Below are positions 40,977 through 51,374 of a stretch of DNA of 64,000 nt, one piece after another; the first letter of the stretch is position 1; each line of letters starts with the position of its first letter. This DNA is from an uncultured Clostridia bacterium (lineage in GTDB: Bacteria > Bacillota > Clostridia > Tissierellales > Sedimentibacteraceae). The translations under genes and the position numbers were made by a program. Under the pieces are notes generated by a model. That model saw nothing but the letters and a program-made list of their open reading frames with translations, ran no database searches and was not told the origin of the DNA. The stretch lies in assembly GCA_964546605.1 (NCBI GenBank), contig CAZJKK010000001.1, positions 3,042 to 67,041 of the forward strand. Reading direction: 5' to 3'.

Positions 40977-42212
40977 ATGGATTTGTTTAATGTAATGACA
41001 GTAAAGGATACATCTAATCTCATTGATGAAAACTTTGATTATAAATTAGAAAGCGAATGGGTTACATTAACTGAGGCTACAGGAAGAATTTTGAAAAATG
41101 ACATAGTGGCTAAAGAAAATGTACCTGATTTTAAAAGATCTACAGTGGATGGTTATGCTGTTTATTCAAGAGATGTGTTTGGGGCAAGCGAATCATTCGC
41201 TTCCATGTTAGATTTAAAGGGTGAAGTGTTAATGGGACAAAGTACAGATGGTGAAATTACTATTCCCGGACAATGCTACTATGTTCCAACGGGAGGCATG
41301 CTGCCAAAAGGTGCTGATTCCGTCATAATGATTGAATATACCGATAAGCTTGATGATACTACCATACTTGCATCTAAGGCCTCCTCGCCGGGAGAAAATG
41401 TTGTTGAAATTGGTGAGGACATATGTAAAGGTGAAGTGGTTTTAAAAAAAGCAACGAAGCTAAGAGCGTATGAAATTGGAGTTTTATCAAGTCTTGGATT
41501 TTATGAGGTTGAGGTGTTTAAAAAGCCTAGAATTGGAATAATATCTACGGGAGATGAGGTGGTTCACCCTGCTGAAAGCATAAAACCCGGTCAAATAAGG
41601 GATATTAACACATATTTATTGTATTCTCTTGTTGAAGATAAAGGTTGCATACCTGTTTCTTATGGTTTAATTAAGGATGAATATGATTTGTTAAAAAGCG
41701 CAGCAGAAAAAGCCCTAGATGAATGTGATATAGTACTTGTTTCAGGGGGAAGTTCAGTAGGCAAGAAGGACAATACAGTAAAAGTTATAGAAGATTTAGA
41801 AGATGGAAAACTTTTAGTGCATGGAATATCTGTTAAACCAGGAAAGCCAACACTCATAGGAAAATCAAAGGGTAAAATAATTTTCGGTCTTCCGGGACAC
41901 CCACTTGCTTGTGCTGTAATATTTCAGGTAATGGTTAAATATTACATAGATAAAATAACAGAATATAAAGATGTAACATATCCCATAGACTGCAGGTTTA
42001 AAATAAATTATCACAAGGCAAAAGGAAGAGAAGAATATCTTCCTGTAACCATAGAAGAAAATGAAGAAAACGGTGATGAACTTACAGCTGTACCTGTTTT
42101 TGGAAAATCAGGTTTAATTACAAGTTTTTCTAAGGCGTACGGCTACATTAGAATACATAGAAATGAAGAAGGAATAAAAGAAGGACAAAGGGTAAAAGTA
42201 TATAAGTTTTAG
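40977..42212 (+). CDS. moeA: molybdopterin molybdo-/tungsto-transferase MoeA
   Basis: RSTVDGYAV, PTGGMLP, STGDE, SGGSSVG, KPGKP, LPGHP. Confidence 0.93.
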   Translation: MDLFNVMTVKDTSNLIDENFDYKLESEWVTLTEATGRILKNDIVAKENVPDFKRSTVDGYAVYSRDVFGASESFASMLDLKGEVLMGQSTDGEITIPGQCYYVPTGGMLPKGADSVIMIEYTDKLDDTTILASKASSPGENVVEIGEDICKGEVVLKKATKLRAYEIGVLSSLGFYEVEVFKKPRIGIISTGDEVVHPAESIKPGQIRDINTYLLYSLVEDKGCIPVSYGLIKDEYDLLKSAAEKALDECDIVLVSGGSSVGKKDNTVKVIEDLEDGKLLVHGISVKPGKPTLIGKSKGKIIFGLPGHPLACAVIFQVMVKYYIDKITEYKDVTYPIDCRFKINYHKAKGREEYLPVTIEENEENGDELTAVPVFGKSGLITSFSKAYGYIRIHRNEEGIKEGQRVKVYKF

Positions 42213-42220
42213 GAGGTAGC

Positions 42221-44134
42221 ATGCAAAAGGTTTATTTATCAAATTATGAGTTAGATGATGCACTTAATAGATATTTACAAAGACTTGGTCAATTAAACGT
42301 ACAAACAGAAATTGTTCCCACATGGGATGCAAAGGACAGAGTTACGGCAAAGGCTGTGTTTGCTCTTATTTCCTCACCCCATTATAATTCTTCGGCCATG
42401 GATGGAATTGCAGCAAAAAGTGAATCAACCTTTGGTGCATCAGATAGAAATCATGTGACGCTTGAAGAAGAAAAAGATTTTGTTGTAGTTGATACAGGTG
42501 ATCCCATTCCTAAGGAATTTGATTGTGTTATAATGGTTGAAGATTTAATTAAGGTTGATGAAACTCATGTGGAAATATATCAATCAGCAGTTCCTTGGCA
42601 AAATATAAGACCTTTAGGTGAAGATATAGTTGAAAATCAGCTTATAGTTCCATCAAAGCACAAAATAAGACCTGTGGACATAGGTGCCTTAGTTGCAGGA
42701 GGCATAAATCAAGTAGAGGTTTTCAAAAAACCAACGGTGGGAATTATACCTACAGGTACGGAACTGGTTGAACCGGGAACAGAACTAAAAGTTGGAGACA
42801 TAATAGATTTTAATTCAAGGACATTTTCATCCCAAGTTATGGACTGGGGTGGAATACCAACAAGATATGATATAGTAATAGATGATTATCAGCTTATAAA
42901 AAATGCTGTACAAAAAGCAGCAATAGAAAATGATGTGGTTTTAATAAATGCAGGCTCTTCTGCAGGTCGTGAGGATTATACGTCTTCTGTTATAAGTGAA
43001 TTAGGAGAATTAGTTATTCATGGAGTTGCCATCAAACCAGGCAAGCCGGTTATGATGGGTGTTGTAAACAATAAACCAATAATAGGAATACCTGGATATC
43101 CTGTTTCTGCATATTTTGTAATGGAGCAAATTGCAAAACCTATTATTTATGGATATCAAGGGCTTGAAACAGATAGCGGTAAATATGTAGATGCAACATT
43201 GACAAGAAGGTGCATGTCCTCACTTAAATACCTGGAGTTTGTGAGAGTAAAGTTAGGCTTCATTGGAGGCAAGTATGTAGCAACACCTCTAACAAGAGGT
43301 GCAGGTGCCACCATGTCATTGGTTAATGCAGATGGTGTACTTGAAATAGAACAATCAGTTGAAGGTATTGAAGCAGGCAAAACTGTAAAGGTTAATCTCT
43401 TAAGTTCAGAAGATAAAATTAAAAATACCCTTATATGCATAGGAAGCCATGACCCGATAATTGATATTGCAGGAGATTTACTACATTCTAAAAATAAAAA
43501 ATACTTTTTATCCTCTTCCAACGCCGGCAGCACCGGAGGATTAATGGCGCTTAAAACCGGGGAAACTCACATGGCACCCACCCACCTTTTAGATATGGAA
43601 ACTGGAGAATACAATGTTTCTTATCTTAATAAATATGTGCCAAGGAAAAAAATTGCCTTAGTAAAATGTGTAAACAGAATTCAAGGATTCATGGTTAAAA
43701 AGGGAAATCCTAAAAACATTACAAGGTTTGAAGACCTTTCTAGAAGTGACGTTATGTTTGTTAACAGACAACGAGGCTCAGGAACAAGACTTTTATTAGA
43801 TTATAATTTAAATAAGTTAAGTATAGACTCAAAAAATATTAAGGGTTATTATAGAGAAGAATTCACACATCTTGCTGTTGCAGCAGCAGTTGAAGCAGGG
43901 GATTCAGATTGTGGGCTTGGTGTTTACTCAGCTGCAGCAATGATGGGACTTGATTTCATACCTGTATGCAACGAAGAATATGATTTAGCAATACCTGAAG
44001 AATATCTAGAGCAAGAAATAGTTAAGGAATTTATTGAAACCATAAAATCCAAGGAGTTTAAGGAAAAACTTGATGAGCTGGGAGGATATGATTATTCCAA
44101 TACAGGTAAAATAATAATGCAAGGAGCAGAATAA
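42221..44134 (+). CDS. MoeA fused to a PBP/LysR-substrate-binding domain
   Basis: SAMDG, KPGKP, PGYP + GSHD, GSTGGL, NRQRGSGTR, THLAVA. Confidence 0.9.
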   Translation: MQKVYLSNYELDDALNRYLQRLGQLNVQTEIVPTWDAKDRVTAKAVFALISSPHYNSSAMDGIAAKSESTFGASDRNHVTLEEEKDFVVVDTGDPIPKEFDCVIMVEDLIKVDETHVEIYQSAVPWQNIRPLGEDIVENQLIVPSKHKIRPVDIGALVAGGINQVEVFKKPTVGIIPTGTELVEPGTELKVGDIIDFNSRTFSSQVMDWGGIPTRYDIVIDDYQLIKNAVQKAAIENDVVLINAGSSAGREDYTSSVISELGELVIHGVAIKPGKPVMMGVVNNKPIIGIPGYPVSAYFVMEQIAKPIIYGYQGLETDSGKYVDATLTRRCMSSLKYLEFVRVKLGFIGGKYVATPLTRGAGATMSLVNADGVLEIEQSVEGIEAGKTVKVNLLSSEDKIKNTLICIGSHDPIIDIAGDLLHSKNKKYFLSSSNAGSTGGLMALKTGETHMAPTHLLDMETGEYNVSYLNKYVPRKKIALVKCVNRIQGFMVKKGNPKNITRFEDLSRSDVMFVNRQRGSGTRLLLDYNLNKLSIDSKNIKGYYREEFTHLAVAAAVEAGDSDCGLGVYSAAAMMGLDFIPVCNEEYDLAIPEEYLEQEIVKEFIETIKSKEFKEKLDELGGYDYSNTGKIIMQGAE

Positions 44135-45090
44135 TGCTTGACAAAAAAGGAAGAACTATAGATTATTTAAGGGTTTCTCTTACAGACAGGTGCAATTTAA
44201 GATGTGTTTATTGTATGCCGGAAACAGGTATTGATAAAAAGTGCCATGATGAGATACTTCGTTTTGAAGAGGTGGAAAAAATAATAAGTGCTTGTGCTAG
44301 CTTAGGTATAAAAAAGGTGAGATTCACTGGGGGTGAACCACTGGTTTTAAAAGGATTACAAAATCTTATAAAGCATACGTCCTCTATTGAAACCATCAAG
44401 GACATTTCTATAACAACTAATGGAATTTTGCTGGCAGATCAAATAGAAGATTTAAAAAATGCAGGCTTAAAAAGAGTCAATATAAGCCTTGATACTCTCC
44501 AAAATGATAAATTTAAAAAAATTACAAGACTTGGAGATATAGATAAGGTTTTTCAAGGTATTGAAAAGTGCATAGAGCTTGACATGGTGCCTGTTAAGAT
44601 TAATGTTGTATTAATGAAGGGTATTAATGATGATGAAATTGGAGATTTCTTAAAATTAACCCTTGATTCTCCAATTCAGGTTAGATTTATTGAACTTATG
44701 CCTATTGGTGAAGGAGAAAAATATTTCGATAAGTGCAGCATGAAGCTTGAAGAGGTATTAGAAAGGTTTCCAAATCTTATTCCTGTAAAGGACGACAGCA
44801 AAGTAGCATCAGTGTACAAGCTTCCAGGTGCTGTTGGAAGTGTAGGTCTCATAAGTCCGGTAAGCTGCAAATTTTGCTCCGAATGTAATCGCATAAGATT
44901 AACAGCAACAGGAACAATAAAACCATGCCTTCATTCAGCAGAGGAAATAAATTTAAAGCCTTATTTAAATGATGAAGACAAATTAATAAATATAATTAAA
45001 AATGCAGTTTATAATAAACCTGAGGAGCATCATCTAGAAACTGAAGGAAAAAGTGATACAGATAGAATGATGTTTCAAATTGGAGGTTAA
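44134..45090 (+). CDS. moaA: GTP 3',8-cyclase
   Basis: [30 protein letters not shown]-terminal IGG. Confidence 0.97.
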   Translation: MLDKKGRTIDYLRVSLTDRCNLRCVYCMPETGIDKKCHDEILRFEEVEKIISACASLGIKKVRFTGGEPLVLKGLQNLIKHTSSIETIKDISITTNGILLADQIEDLKNAGLKRVNISLDTLQNDKFKKITRLGDIDKVFQGIEKCIELDMVPVKINVVLMKGINDDEIGDFLKLTLDSPIQVRFIELMPIGEGEKYFDKCSMKLEEVLERFPNLIPVKDDSKVASVYKLPGAVGSVGLISPVSCKFCSECNRIRLTATGTIKPCLHSAEEINLKPYLNDEDKLINIIKNAVYNKPEEHHLETEGKSDTDRMMFQIGG

Positions 45091-45091
45091 T

Positions 45092-45565
45092 ATGGATTTA
45101 ACGCATATAAATGAGCAGGGCAGAGCTAAAATGGTCGATGTGAGCGAAAAACAAGAAACATTAAGGGAAGCTGTTGCTACCGGCACAGTATTTATGAAAA
45201 GGGAAACTTTAGAAAGAATCAATGAAGGAACAATAAAAAAGGGTGATGTTTTATCTGTTGCTCAGGTTGCTGGAATTATGGGTGCTAAAAAAACATCAGA
45301 TATAATCCCTATGTGCCATCCTATTATGATTTCAGGATGCAATATTAATTTTTCTATTAATTTTGAGAGAAATTGTGTTGAAATAAGAGCATCTGTTAAA
45401 AATACAGGACAGACTGGAGTTGAAATGGAGGCTCTTACTGCAGTTACCATAGCAGGGCTAACAATATATGATATGTGCAAGGCAATAGACAAAGAAATGA
45501 TTATTTCTGATGTGATGCTCATGAAAAAGTCAGGTGGAAAATCTGGATTATTTGAAAGAAAGTAA
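45092..45565 (+). CDS. moaC: cyclic pyranopterin monophosphate synthase
   Basis: LTH....[35 protein letters not shown]. Confidence 0.97.
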   Translation: MDLTHINEQGRAKMVDVSEKQETLREAVATGTVFMKRETLERINEGTIKKGDVLSVAQVAGIMGAKKTSDIIPMCHPIMISGCNINFSINFERNCVEIRASVKNTGQTGVEMEALTAVTIAGLTIYDMCKAIDKEMIISDVMLMKKSGGKSGLFERK

Positions 45566-45581
45566 AGGATGGGAAGAAGAA

Positions 45582-46019
45582 ATGGCAAAAGTATTAGCGG
45601 TTAATATAAGTGAAACAAAAGGAGTACCAAAGACACCTATTGAAAAGGGATATTTTAAGGTAGAACATGGTCTCGAGGGAGATGCTCATGCAGGCAACTG
45701 GCATAGACAAGTAAGTTTATTAGCTCAAGAAAGCATTGATAAATTAGATAAGACAAAGTTAAAAGATGAACTTTGTGTGGGTGCATTTGCAGAAAATCTT
45801 ACAACAGAAGGAATTGTTCTTTATGATCTTCCCATAGGCACAAAGCTAAAAATTGGGGAAACTGAAATGGAAGTTACTCAAATAGGTAAGGAATGTCATC
45901 TTGGATGTGCCATAAGAAACATGGTTGGAGATTGTGTAATGCCAAGAGAAGGTATTTTTACAAAGGTTTTGCAGCCTGGATGGATTAAGCCGGGTGATGA
46001 AATAATAGTTTTAAATTAG
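45582..46019 (+). CDS. MOSC-domain protein
   Basis: GLEGDAHAG.WHRQVSLL, FAENLTT, QIGKECH..C, CVMPREG. Confidence 0.9.
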   Translation: MAKVLAVNISETKGVPKTPIEKGYFKVEHGLEGDAHAGNWHRQVSLLAQESIDKLDKTKLKDELCVGAFAENLTTEGIVLYDLPIGTKLKIGETEMEVTQIGKECHLGCAIRNMVGDCVMPREGIFTKVLQPGWIKPGDEIIVLN

Positions 46020-46088
46020 TGGAACTTAAGACAAATTAAAAATGTATAATTGCTTTAAAATAAATCACAATAAGACAGAGGTGATTTT

Positions 46089-46274
46089 ATGGCAAAGGCA
46101 GGAATGAGAAGACCGGATCCAAGAGATCCGCACGGAACAGAAAGCAATAAAAAGCAGCATTTTAAGAAAAATGAAAACCCACCCGTTCCTGAAATACAAG
46201 GAAAAGCGAAATTTGGGCACGAAAAAGCTAAGCAAATAATTATTAATTCAATTCATCACAAAGAATTAGAATAA
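46089..46274 (+). CDS. small basic hypothetical protein
   Basis: RBS GAGGTG; MAKAGMRRPDP...; sigmaG-like promoter upstream. Confidence 0.7.
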   Translation: MAKAGMRRPDPRDPHGTESNKKQHFKKNENPPVPEIQGKAKFGHEKAKQIIINSIHHKELE

Positions 46275-46331
46275 TACTTGCAAAATTCAAGATAAGTGTT
46301 AAGATAATCTTAGAATATATAGGAGGTACTT

Positions 46332-46523
46332 ATGAAGGCTATAGTTGATAGAGATGCTTGTATCAGCTGCGGATTGTGTGAATCAGTTTGTCCTGATGTA
46401 TTTAAATTAGACGATGAAAGTATTTCAACTGTAATTCAAGATCCAATTGCTTCTGAAAATGAAGATTGTGCAAAAGAAGCAGAAGCTGACTGCCCAACAG
46501 ATGCAATACATGTAGAAGATTAA
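46332..46523 (+). CDS. monocluster [4Fe-4S] ferredoxin
   Basis: CISCGLC...CP...CPTDAI; RBS AGGAGG. Confidence 0.93.
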   Translation: MKAIVDRDACISCGLCESVCPDVFKLDDESISTVIQDPIASENEDCAKEAEADCPTDAIHVED

Positions 46524-46527
46524 TCAT

Positions 46528-46557
46528 TAAAGGACTTTCTGTGAAGAAAGTCCTTTA
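46528..46557. terminator. terminator after ferredoxin
   Basis: TAAAGGACTTTCT-GTGA-AGAAAGTCCTTTA. Confidence 0.75.
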
Positions 46558-46691
46558 TAATATGAAAGGGGACGAACCAGCTAAGTTAGGGGAACACTTT
46601 AAAATGTAGATCATGTTTGACAACGTTATTATTGTAAATCATTAAAAATATGCTATAATGTTTATAAAGCTAATTTAAGGTGGTGTGTTAA

Positions 46692-47588
46692 ATGAGTTAC
46701 TTGATTGGTATTGATGCAGGCGGAACTAAATCTGAACTGATTGCTTACGATAAAAATAACAATGAATTATTCAGCAGATTTGGAGGCCTTGGAAATCCTA
46801 GTGTAAATTTAGACACAACAGTAAATAATATCATATCTTTAATAGGAGAATGTACAAGAGAGCTTGGTAAAGATGATTGCGAATTTATTTTAATAGGAAT
46901 GGCTGGAGTAGAAACAGGAAATTATTCAGAATTAATAAAAAAATATGTAGAAGGCGCCTTTGGAATAAAAACCCAAGTTATGAATGATGCAGAAATGGCA
47001 TGTAAGGCATATTTTGGCAATAAGGATGGAATTTTGACAATCGCAGGGACAGGCTCTTCATGCTATGTTCAAAAGAATGAACAAGGAGATATGGTAGGAG
47101 GCTGGGGTCATATTTTAGGAGACGAAGGTAGCGGATATCATACAGTTATGGAGGCCTTTAAAAATATTATCAGTAAAATTGATAGAAATATTCATTTAGA
47201 TAAATTAAGTGTTAATATATTACAGAAAGCAGGAGGCATGACGCGCTCCGATATTATGAATTACATATATAATAATGATAAAAGAGTTATTGCTTCTTTA
47301 TTTCCCGTCATAGTTGATGGGTCTATGGAAGGAGATTCTTATGCAGTAAGCTTGCTTGAAAATGCAGGTAAAAAGCTTGCTGAACTTACTTGTACTGCAT
47401 ATATGAAAAAAGGGTTTAGAGGAAATGTTAATATTGGCTTAAAAGGTGGAGTTTTTCATAATAGCTGCTGTATAATGTCTTCGTATATGAATGAGCTTCA
47501 AAAAAACTTAGATAGCTTTGATATTATTGCGGAAGATATTTCTTCCACAAAAGCTGTTTGTAATATCTTTATTAAAAAAGGTGCTTAG
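46692..47588 (+). CDS. BadF/BadG/BcrA/BcrD-family (GlcNAc/MurNAc kinase-like) ATPase
   Basis: GIDAGGTK, ND, IAGTGS, GGWGHILGDEGSG. Confidence 0.85.
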   Translation: MSYLIGIDAGGTKSELIAYDKNNNELFSRFGGLGNPSVNLDTTVNNIISLIGECTRELGKDDCEFILIGMAGVETGNYSELIKKYVEGAFGIKTQVMNDAEMACKAYFGNKDGILTIAGTGSSCYVQKNEQGDMVGGWGHILGDEGSGYHTVMEAFKNIISKIDRNIHLDKLSVNILQKAGGMTRSDIMNYIYNNDKRVIASLFPVIVDGSMEGDSYAVSLLENAGKKLAELTCTAYMKKGFRGNVNIGLKGGVFHNSCCIMSSYMNELQKNLDSFDIIAEDISSTKAVCNIFIKKGA

Positions 47589-47595
47589 GCACCTT

Positions 47596-48408
47596 TTAAT
47601 CTTCTCCAAATAAATTTCCTATACCAATACTTCCAAGCAAGCTTCCTTCACCCTTGCTAGAACCACCTGCACTTGCCTTCTTACTTGCAGAGAAAATTCT
47701 GTCGGCCATTCTGCTGAAAGGTAAGGATTGAAGCCATACAATTCCTGGGCCTCTTAGAGTTGCCAGGAACAAACCTTCGCCGCCAAACAAAGCACTTTTA
47801 GCATTTCCTGCAAATTGAACATCATAATCAACACCTTGGGTAAAGGCTACAAGACATCCAGTATCAATCTTTAGCATTTCCCCTGACTGCAGTTCTTTTT
47901 TAATTATGGTTCCACCTGCATGTAAAAAAGCTAAACCATCACCTAATAATTTTTGCATTATAAAGCCTTCTCCACCAAAGAAACCTACTCCGATTTTCTT
48001 TTGGAAGGCAATGCTTATTTCAATTCCTTTTGCAGAGCAAAGATATGAATCTCTTTGGCATATAATCTGTCCGCCGTAATCCATCAAGTTAACAGGAATT
48101 ATTTTTCCAGGATATGGAGCAGCAAAAGCTAATGCTTTTTTCCCCATTGCCTTGTTTGTAAATGTTGAAGTAAATAAATTTTCTCCTGTCAGTACACGTT
48201 TTCCTGCTGTTGCTAAAAGACCCTTGAACCCTTTCGATGATTCCTTTCCGCTGCCGTCGCCGAAAACAGTATCCATTTCAACATTTGCATCCATGTACAT
48301 CATGGCTCCCGGTTCTGCTACAATAGTTTCACCGTAATCAAGCTGTATTTCAACAAACTGTATGTCGTCGCCAAAAATTTTGTAATCAACTTCATGAGCT
48401 TTTTCCAT
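47596..48408 (-). CDS. TIGR00266 / AIM24-family protein
   Basis: AEPGAMMYM, GFFGGEGF, HAGG, LFGGEGLF...GPG.VWLQSLP. Confidence 0.88.
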   Translation of the reverse strand: MEKAHEVDYKIFGDDIQFVEIQLDYGETIVAEPGAMMYMDANVEMDTVFGDGSGKESSKGFKGLLATAGKRVLTGENLFTSTFTNKAMGKKALAFAAPYPGKIIPVNLMDYGGQIICQRDSYLCSAKGIEISIAFQKKIGVGFFGGEGFIMQKLLGDGLAFLHAGGTIIKKELQSGEMLKIDTGCLVAFTQGVDYDVQFAGNAKSALFGGEGLFLATLRGPGIVWLQSLPFSRMADRIFSASKKASAGGSSKGEGSLLGSIGIGNLFGED

Positions 48409-48969
48409 TTATTTATTTCTCCCTCCTTGATAAAATTATAATAGTATCATTTAAATAAGCATAGCAAAAAGAATAATATTATGCAATAGAAAATTGGCAG
48501 AAAACATTACACTAATTCAACCAAAATAAATGCATAAACATACAATTGTTAACAATTTTAAAAATGCAATAAAACTAGATATCCTTCAAGAAGTTTCGTA
48601 AAGTTTCAAATAAATTTATTTTTGTCTATAATAAAAAATAAATTAAAAGATTTAATACAAGGGCATAAGTTCATAAAAATTCCTGTAAATTAGAGTTTTA
48701 TTGACTGCTTGCCAAAGAATAAGATTAAGAATTCTTTATATGAAAAATTATACGCATGATAACGTTATTAAAAAATAAAAATTCTAAAATGAAAGAAGGC
48801 GTATAAAATCTTGCAAAATGATAAAGGAAACATATTCTAAATGTTACATAATATTAATAAAGTTGCATTAATTTAAGCTTGAATTTATATGAAAACGGTG
48901 TTAGAATTCTGTTATTGTAATTTGTTTTCTACTTGGGGAAAACGAATTTTAAAAAATGGAGGAAAATTA

Positions 48970-50103
48970 ATGAGTACAAACAAAAATACAGGAATAGGTG
49001 CAGTAGGTATTGCTTCAACTTATGTAGGAACAATAATCGGTGCAGGCTATGCTTCTGGACAAGAAATTTTGCAATTTTTTAATGCTTTTTATGAAAAAGG
49101 ATTAATAGGTATTGTATTGGGAACAGTATTGTTTATTGTAGCAGCATACGTTCCTATGATGTTAGGCAGAAAACTAAACACATCAAATTACACTGATGTA
49201 ATTTCACTTGGTAAATCAAAATTACCACTAATATTTTCAGACATTGTAGTAGCATTCACACTTTTTAGCACTCTTACAATAATGGTAGCAGCTTCGGGAA
49301 CAACTTTTCATCAAACATTTGGATTGCCACTGGTAGCAGGTGGAATAATAATGTGTGTATTGATGGTTCTAAACTTACTTGCAGGAATTGAAGGTATTTC
49401 AAAGGTTCTTTCATATGTAGTTCCTGTAATGATTGTCGGAGCTTTTGCAGCAGCGATTTACTTTACAATAAATCCTGCACCAGTTGTTGATGCAACTAAA
49501 GAAGTGGTTGTTAATTCTAGCCCGTTAATAAAACACTGGATGTTATCAGGACCCTTATATGTAGCATTTAACTATGTTGTAGCAGTTGCTGTTAGTGTTA
49601 CATTAGGTCATCAGGCAAAAGATTTGAAAGCAATTAAAAACGGTGCGTTATCTGGTGGATTATTATTAGGATTATGTGCATTTGGACTTTATACAGCATT
49701 AGGAAAAAATCTTCACGTGATTGGAACTTCAGCTTTACCAATGGTAGATTTAGCTAATACTGTATCATCTACACTTGGATCAGTATATTCAATCGTGTTG
49801 TTTTTAGGATTATATTCAACAGCAATCTCGTGCTTCTTTGGAGTATATCAAAGATTTACAACTATACCTGGTATGATGAAATTTGGCAATAACGCTTTAA
49901 TTATTGGAATTGCAGCAGCATCTTTAGTACTAAGTATGGTTGGTTTTACAAACCTTATCGGATATGTATATCCTGCCATAGGATATTGCGGTTTAATTAT
50001 TCTCGGAATGAACTGCTACAGAAATGCTAAGACAAAAGATACTGTTGTTGATGTAGTACAAGAAGAAGTAAAGCAATTTGTTCCAAAAAAACAAACAAGA
50101 TAA
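48970..50103 (+). CDS. YkvI-family membrane protein (probable amino-acid transporter)
   Basis: YVGTIIGAGYASGQEILQFF, about 10 TM, YP.IGY; RBS GGAGG before ATG 48970. Confidence 0.85.
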   Translation: MSTNKNTGIGAVGIASTYVGTIIGAGYASGQEILQFFNAFYEKGLIGIVLGTVLFIVAAYVPMMLGRKLNTSNYTDVISLGKSKLPLIFSDIVVAFTLFSTLTIMVAASGTTFHQTFGLPLVAGGIIMCVLMVLNLLAGIEGISKVLSYVVPVMIVGAFAAAIYFTINPAPVVDATKEVVVNSSPLIKHWMLSGPLYVAFNYVVAVAVSVTLGHQAKDLKAIKNGALSGGLLLGLCAFGLYTALGKNLHVIGTSALPMVDLANTVSSTLGSVYSIVLFLGLYSTAISCFFGVYQRFTTIPGMMKFGNNALIIGIAAASLVLSMVGFTNLIGYVYPAIGYCGLIILGMNCYRNAKTKDTVVDVVQEEVKQFVPKKQTR

Positions 50104-50144
50104 TATCTGTATAACAATTAACTGTTGTTTGATATGATTAAGAT

Positions 50145-50171
50145 AGCCGTTGAAAAGTTCAACGGCTTTTT
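50145..50171 (+). terminator. intrinsic terminator
   Basis: AGCCGTTGAA-AAG-TTCAACGGCT + T run. Confidence 0.8.
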
Positions 50172-50243
50172 GTATGCCCTGATTCTAAAAAAACCTTGTA
50201 TTATTTTTGTATTATTAATATAATCAGTAGTTAGAGGTGAAAT

Positions 50244-51365
50244 ATGATTTATTTAGATTATGCAGCAAATACTCCTGCAGACGAGCAGGTTATAAATACA
50301 TTTAGCGAAATTTCAAGAAATTTCATAGCAAATCCAAATTCTACTCATGAATTGGGGAGGCAAGCAACTGAATGTTTAAATGAAAGCACCAAAAAAATTG
50401 CAGAACTTTTAAAGGTGAAGGAGCAGGAAATAATATTCACTTCAGGAGCAAGTGAATCAAATAATACTGCAATAAAAGGTATAGCAAATTACTATAAAAA
50501 ATTCGGCAAGCACATCATAACTACTTTTTTAGAGCATTCTTCATTAAATGGAGCATTTTCATATTTGCAAAATAACGGTTTTGATATAGATTACGTGGAA
50601 ATAGGATCAAATGGTTTAATTGATATGGATAGTTTAAAAGCATTAATTAGAAAAGACACCATATTAGTATCCATATGCTATGTTGACAGTGAAGTGGGAA
50701 TAACGCAGAATATTAATGAAATAGGAGAAATACTAAATGGCTATGAGCATACATTTTTTCATGTTGATGCAACACAGGCAGTGGGAAAAATCCCTGTTTG
50801 CTTTGATAATGTTGACCTAGTTACTTTTGCACCTCATAAGTTTTATGGGCTAAACGGTTGTGGAGTTCTTATAAAAAAAGAAAATGTAATGATGGAGCCC
50901 TTAATCCATGGAGGAATTAGCACATCAGCATTTAGAAGCGGAACACCTGCCCTGGGAATGATTGTTGCCCTAGATAATGCACTTACTCTTGCTTTTGAAA
51001 ATTTGCATGAACGATATGCTTATGTAAAAAAATTAAATGAAAAATTAATAAACAGCTTAAAAAAATATCCAAATGTTAAAATAAACAGCAATGAAAATTC
51101 AGTTCCTTTTATACTAAATATCAGCATTAACAAAGTTAACACGGAGCATTTTAAGGCTGAATTAGAAAACTATAACATTTATGTTTCAACAAAATCAGCA
51201 TGCTGTGCACCAAATACGGCTTCAAGACCTGTGTATGCTATGACTAAGGACAGAAAAAGAGCACTTTCAACATTGAGAATAAGCTTAAGCCATTTAACAA
51301 CAGAAGATGAGCTTAATATATTTTTAGATTCATTTGAAAAATGTTATGAAAAATTAGTAAAGTAG
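50244..51365 (+). CDS. class I cysteine desulfurase (NifS/IscS-like)
   Basis: IYLDYAA.TP, FTSGASE.NN, HVDATQ, HKFYG, RSGT, SAC. Confidence 0.9.
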   Translation: MIYLDYAANTPADEQVINTFSEISRNFIANPNSTHELGRQATECLNESTKKIAELLKVKEQEIIFTSGASESNNTAIKGIANYYKKFGKHIITTFLEHSSLNGAFSYLQNNGFDIDYVEIGSNGLIDMDSLKALIRKDTILVSICYVDSEVGITQNINEIGEILNGYEHTFFHVDATQAVGKIPVCFDNVDLVTFAPHKFYGLNGCGVLIKKENVMMEPLIHGGISTSAFRSGTPALGMIVALDNALTLAFENLHERYAYVKKLNEKLINSLKKYPNVKINSNENSVPFILNISINKVNTEHFKAELENYNIYVSTKSACCAPNTASRPVYAMTKDRKRALSTLRISLSHLTTEDELNIFLDSFEKCYEKLVK

Positions 51366-51374
51366 GTTTAAAAT

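Noticed and set aside
48492-48512. TTGGCA as a possible sigma54 promoter
   Set aside because: No GC at the -12 position (TA instead)
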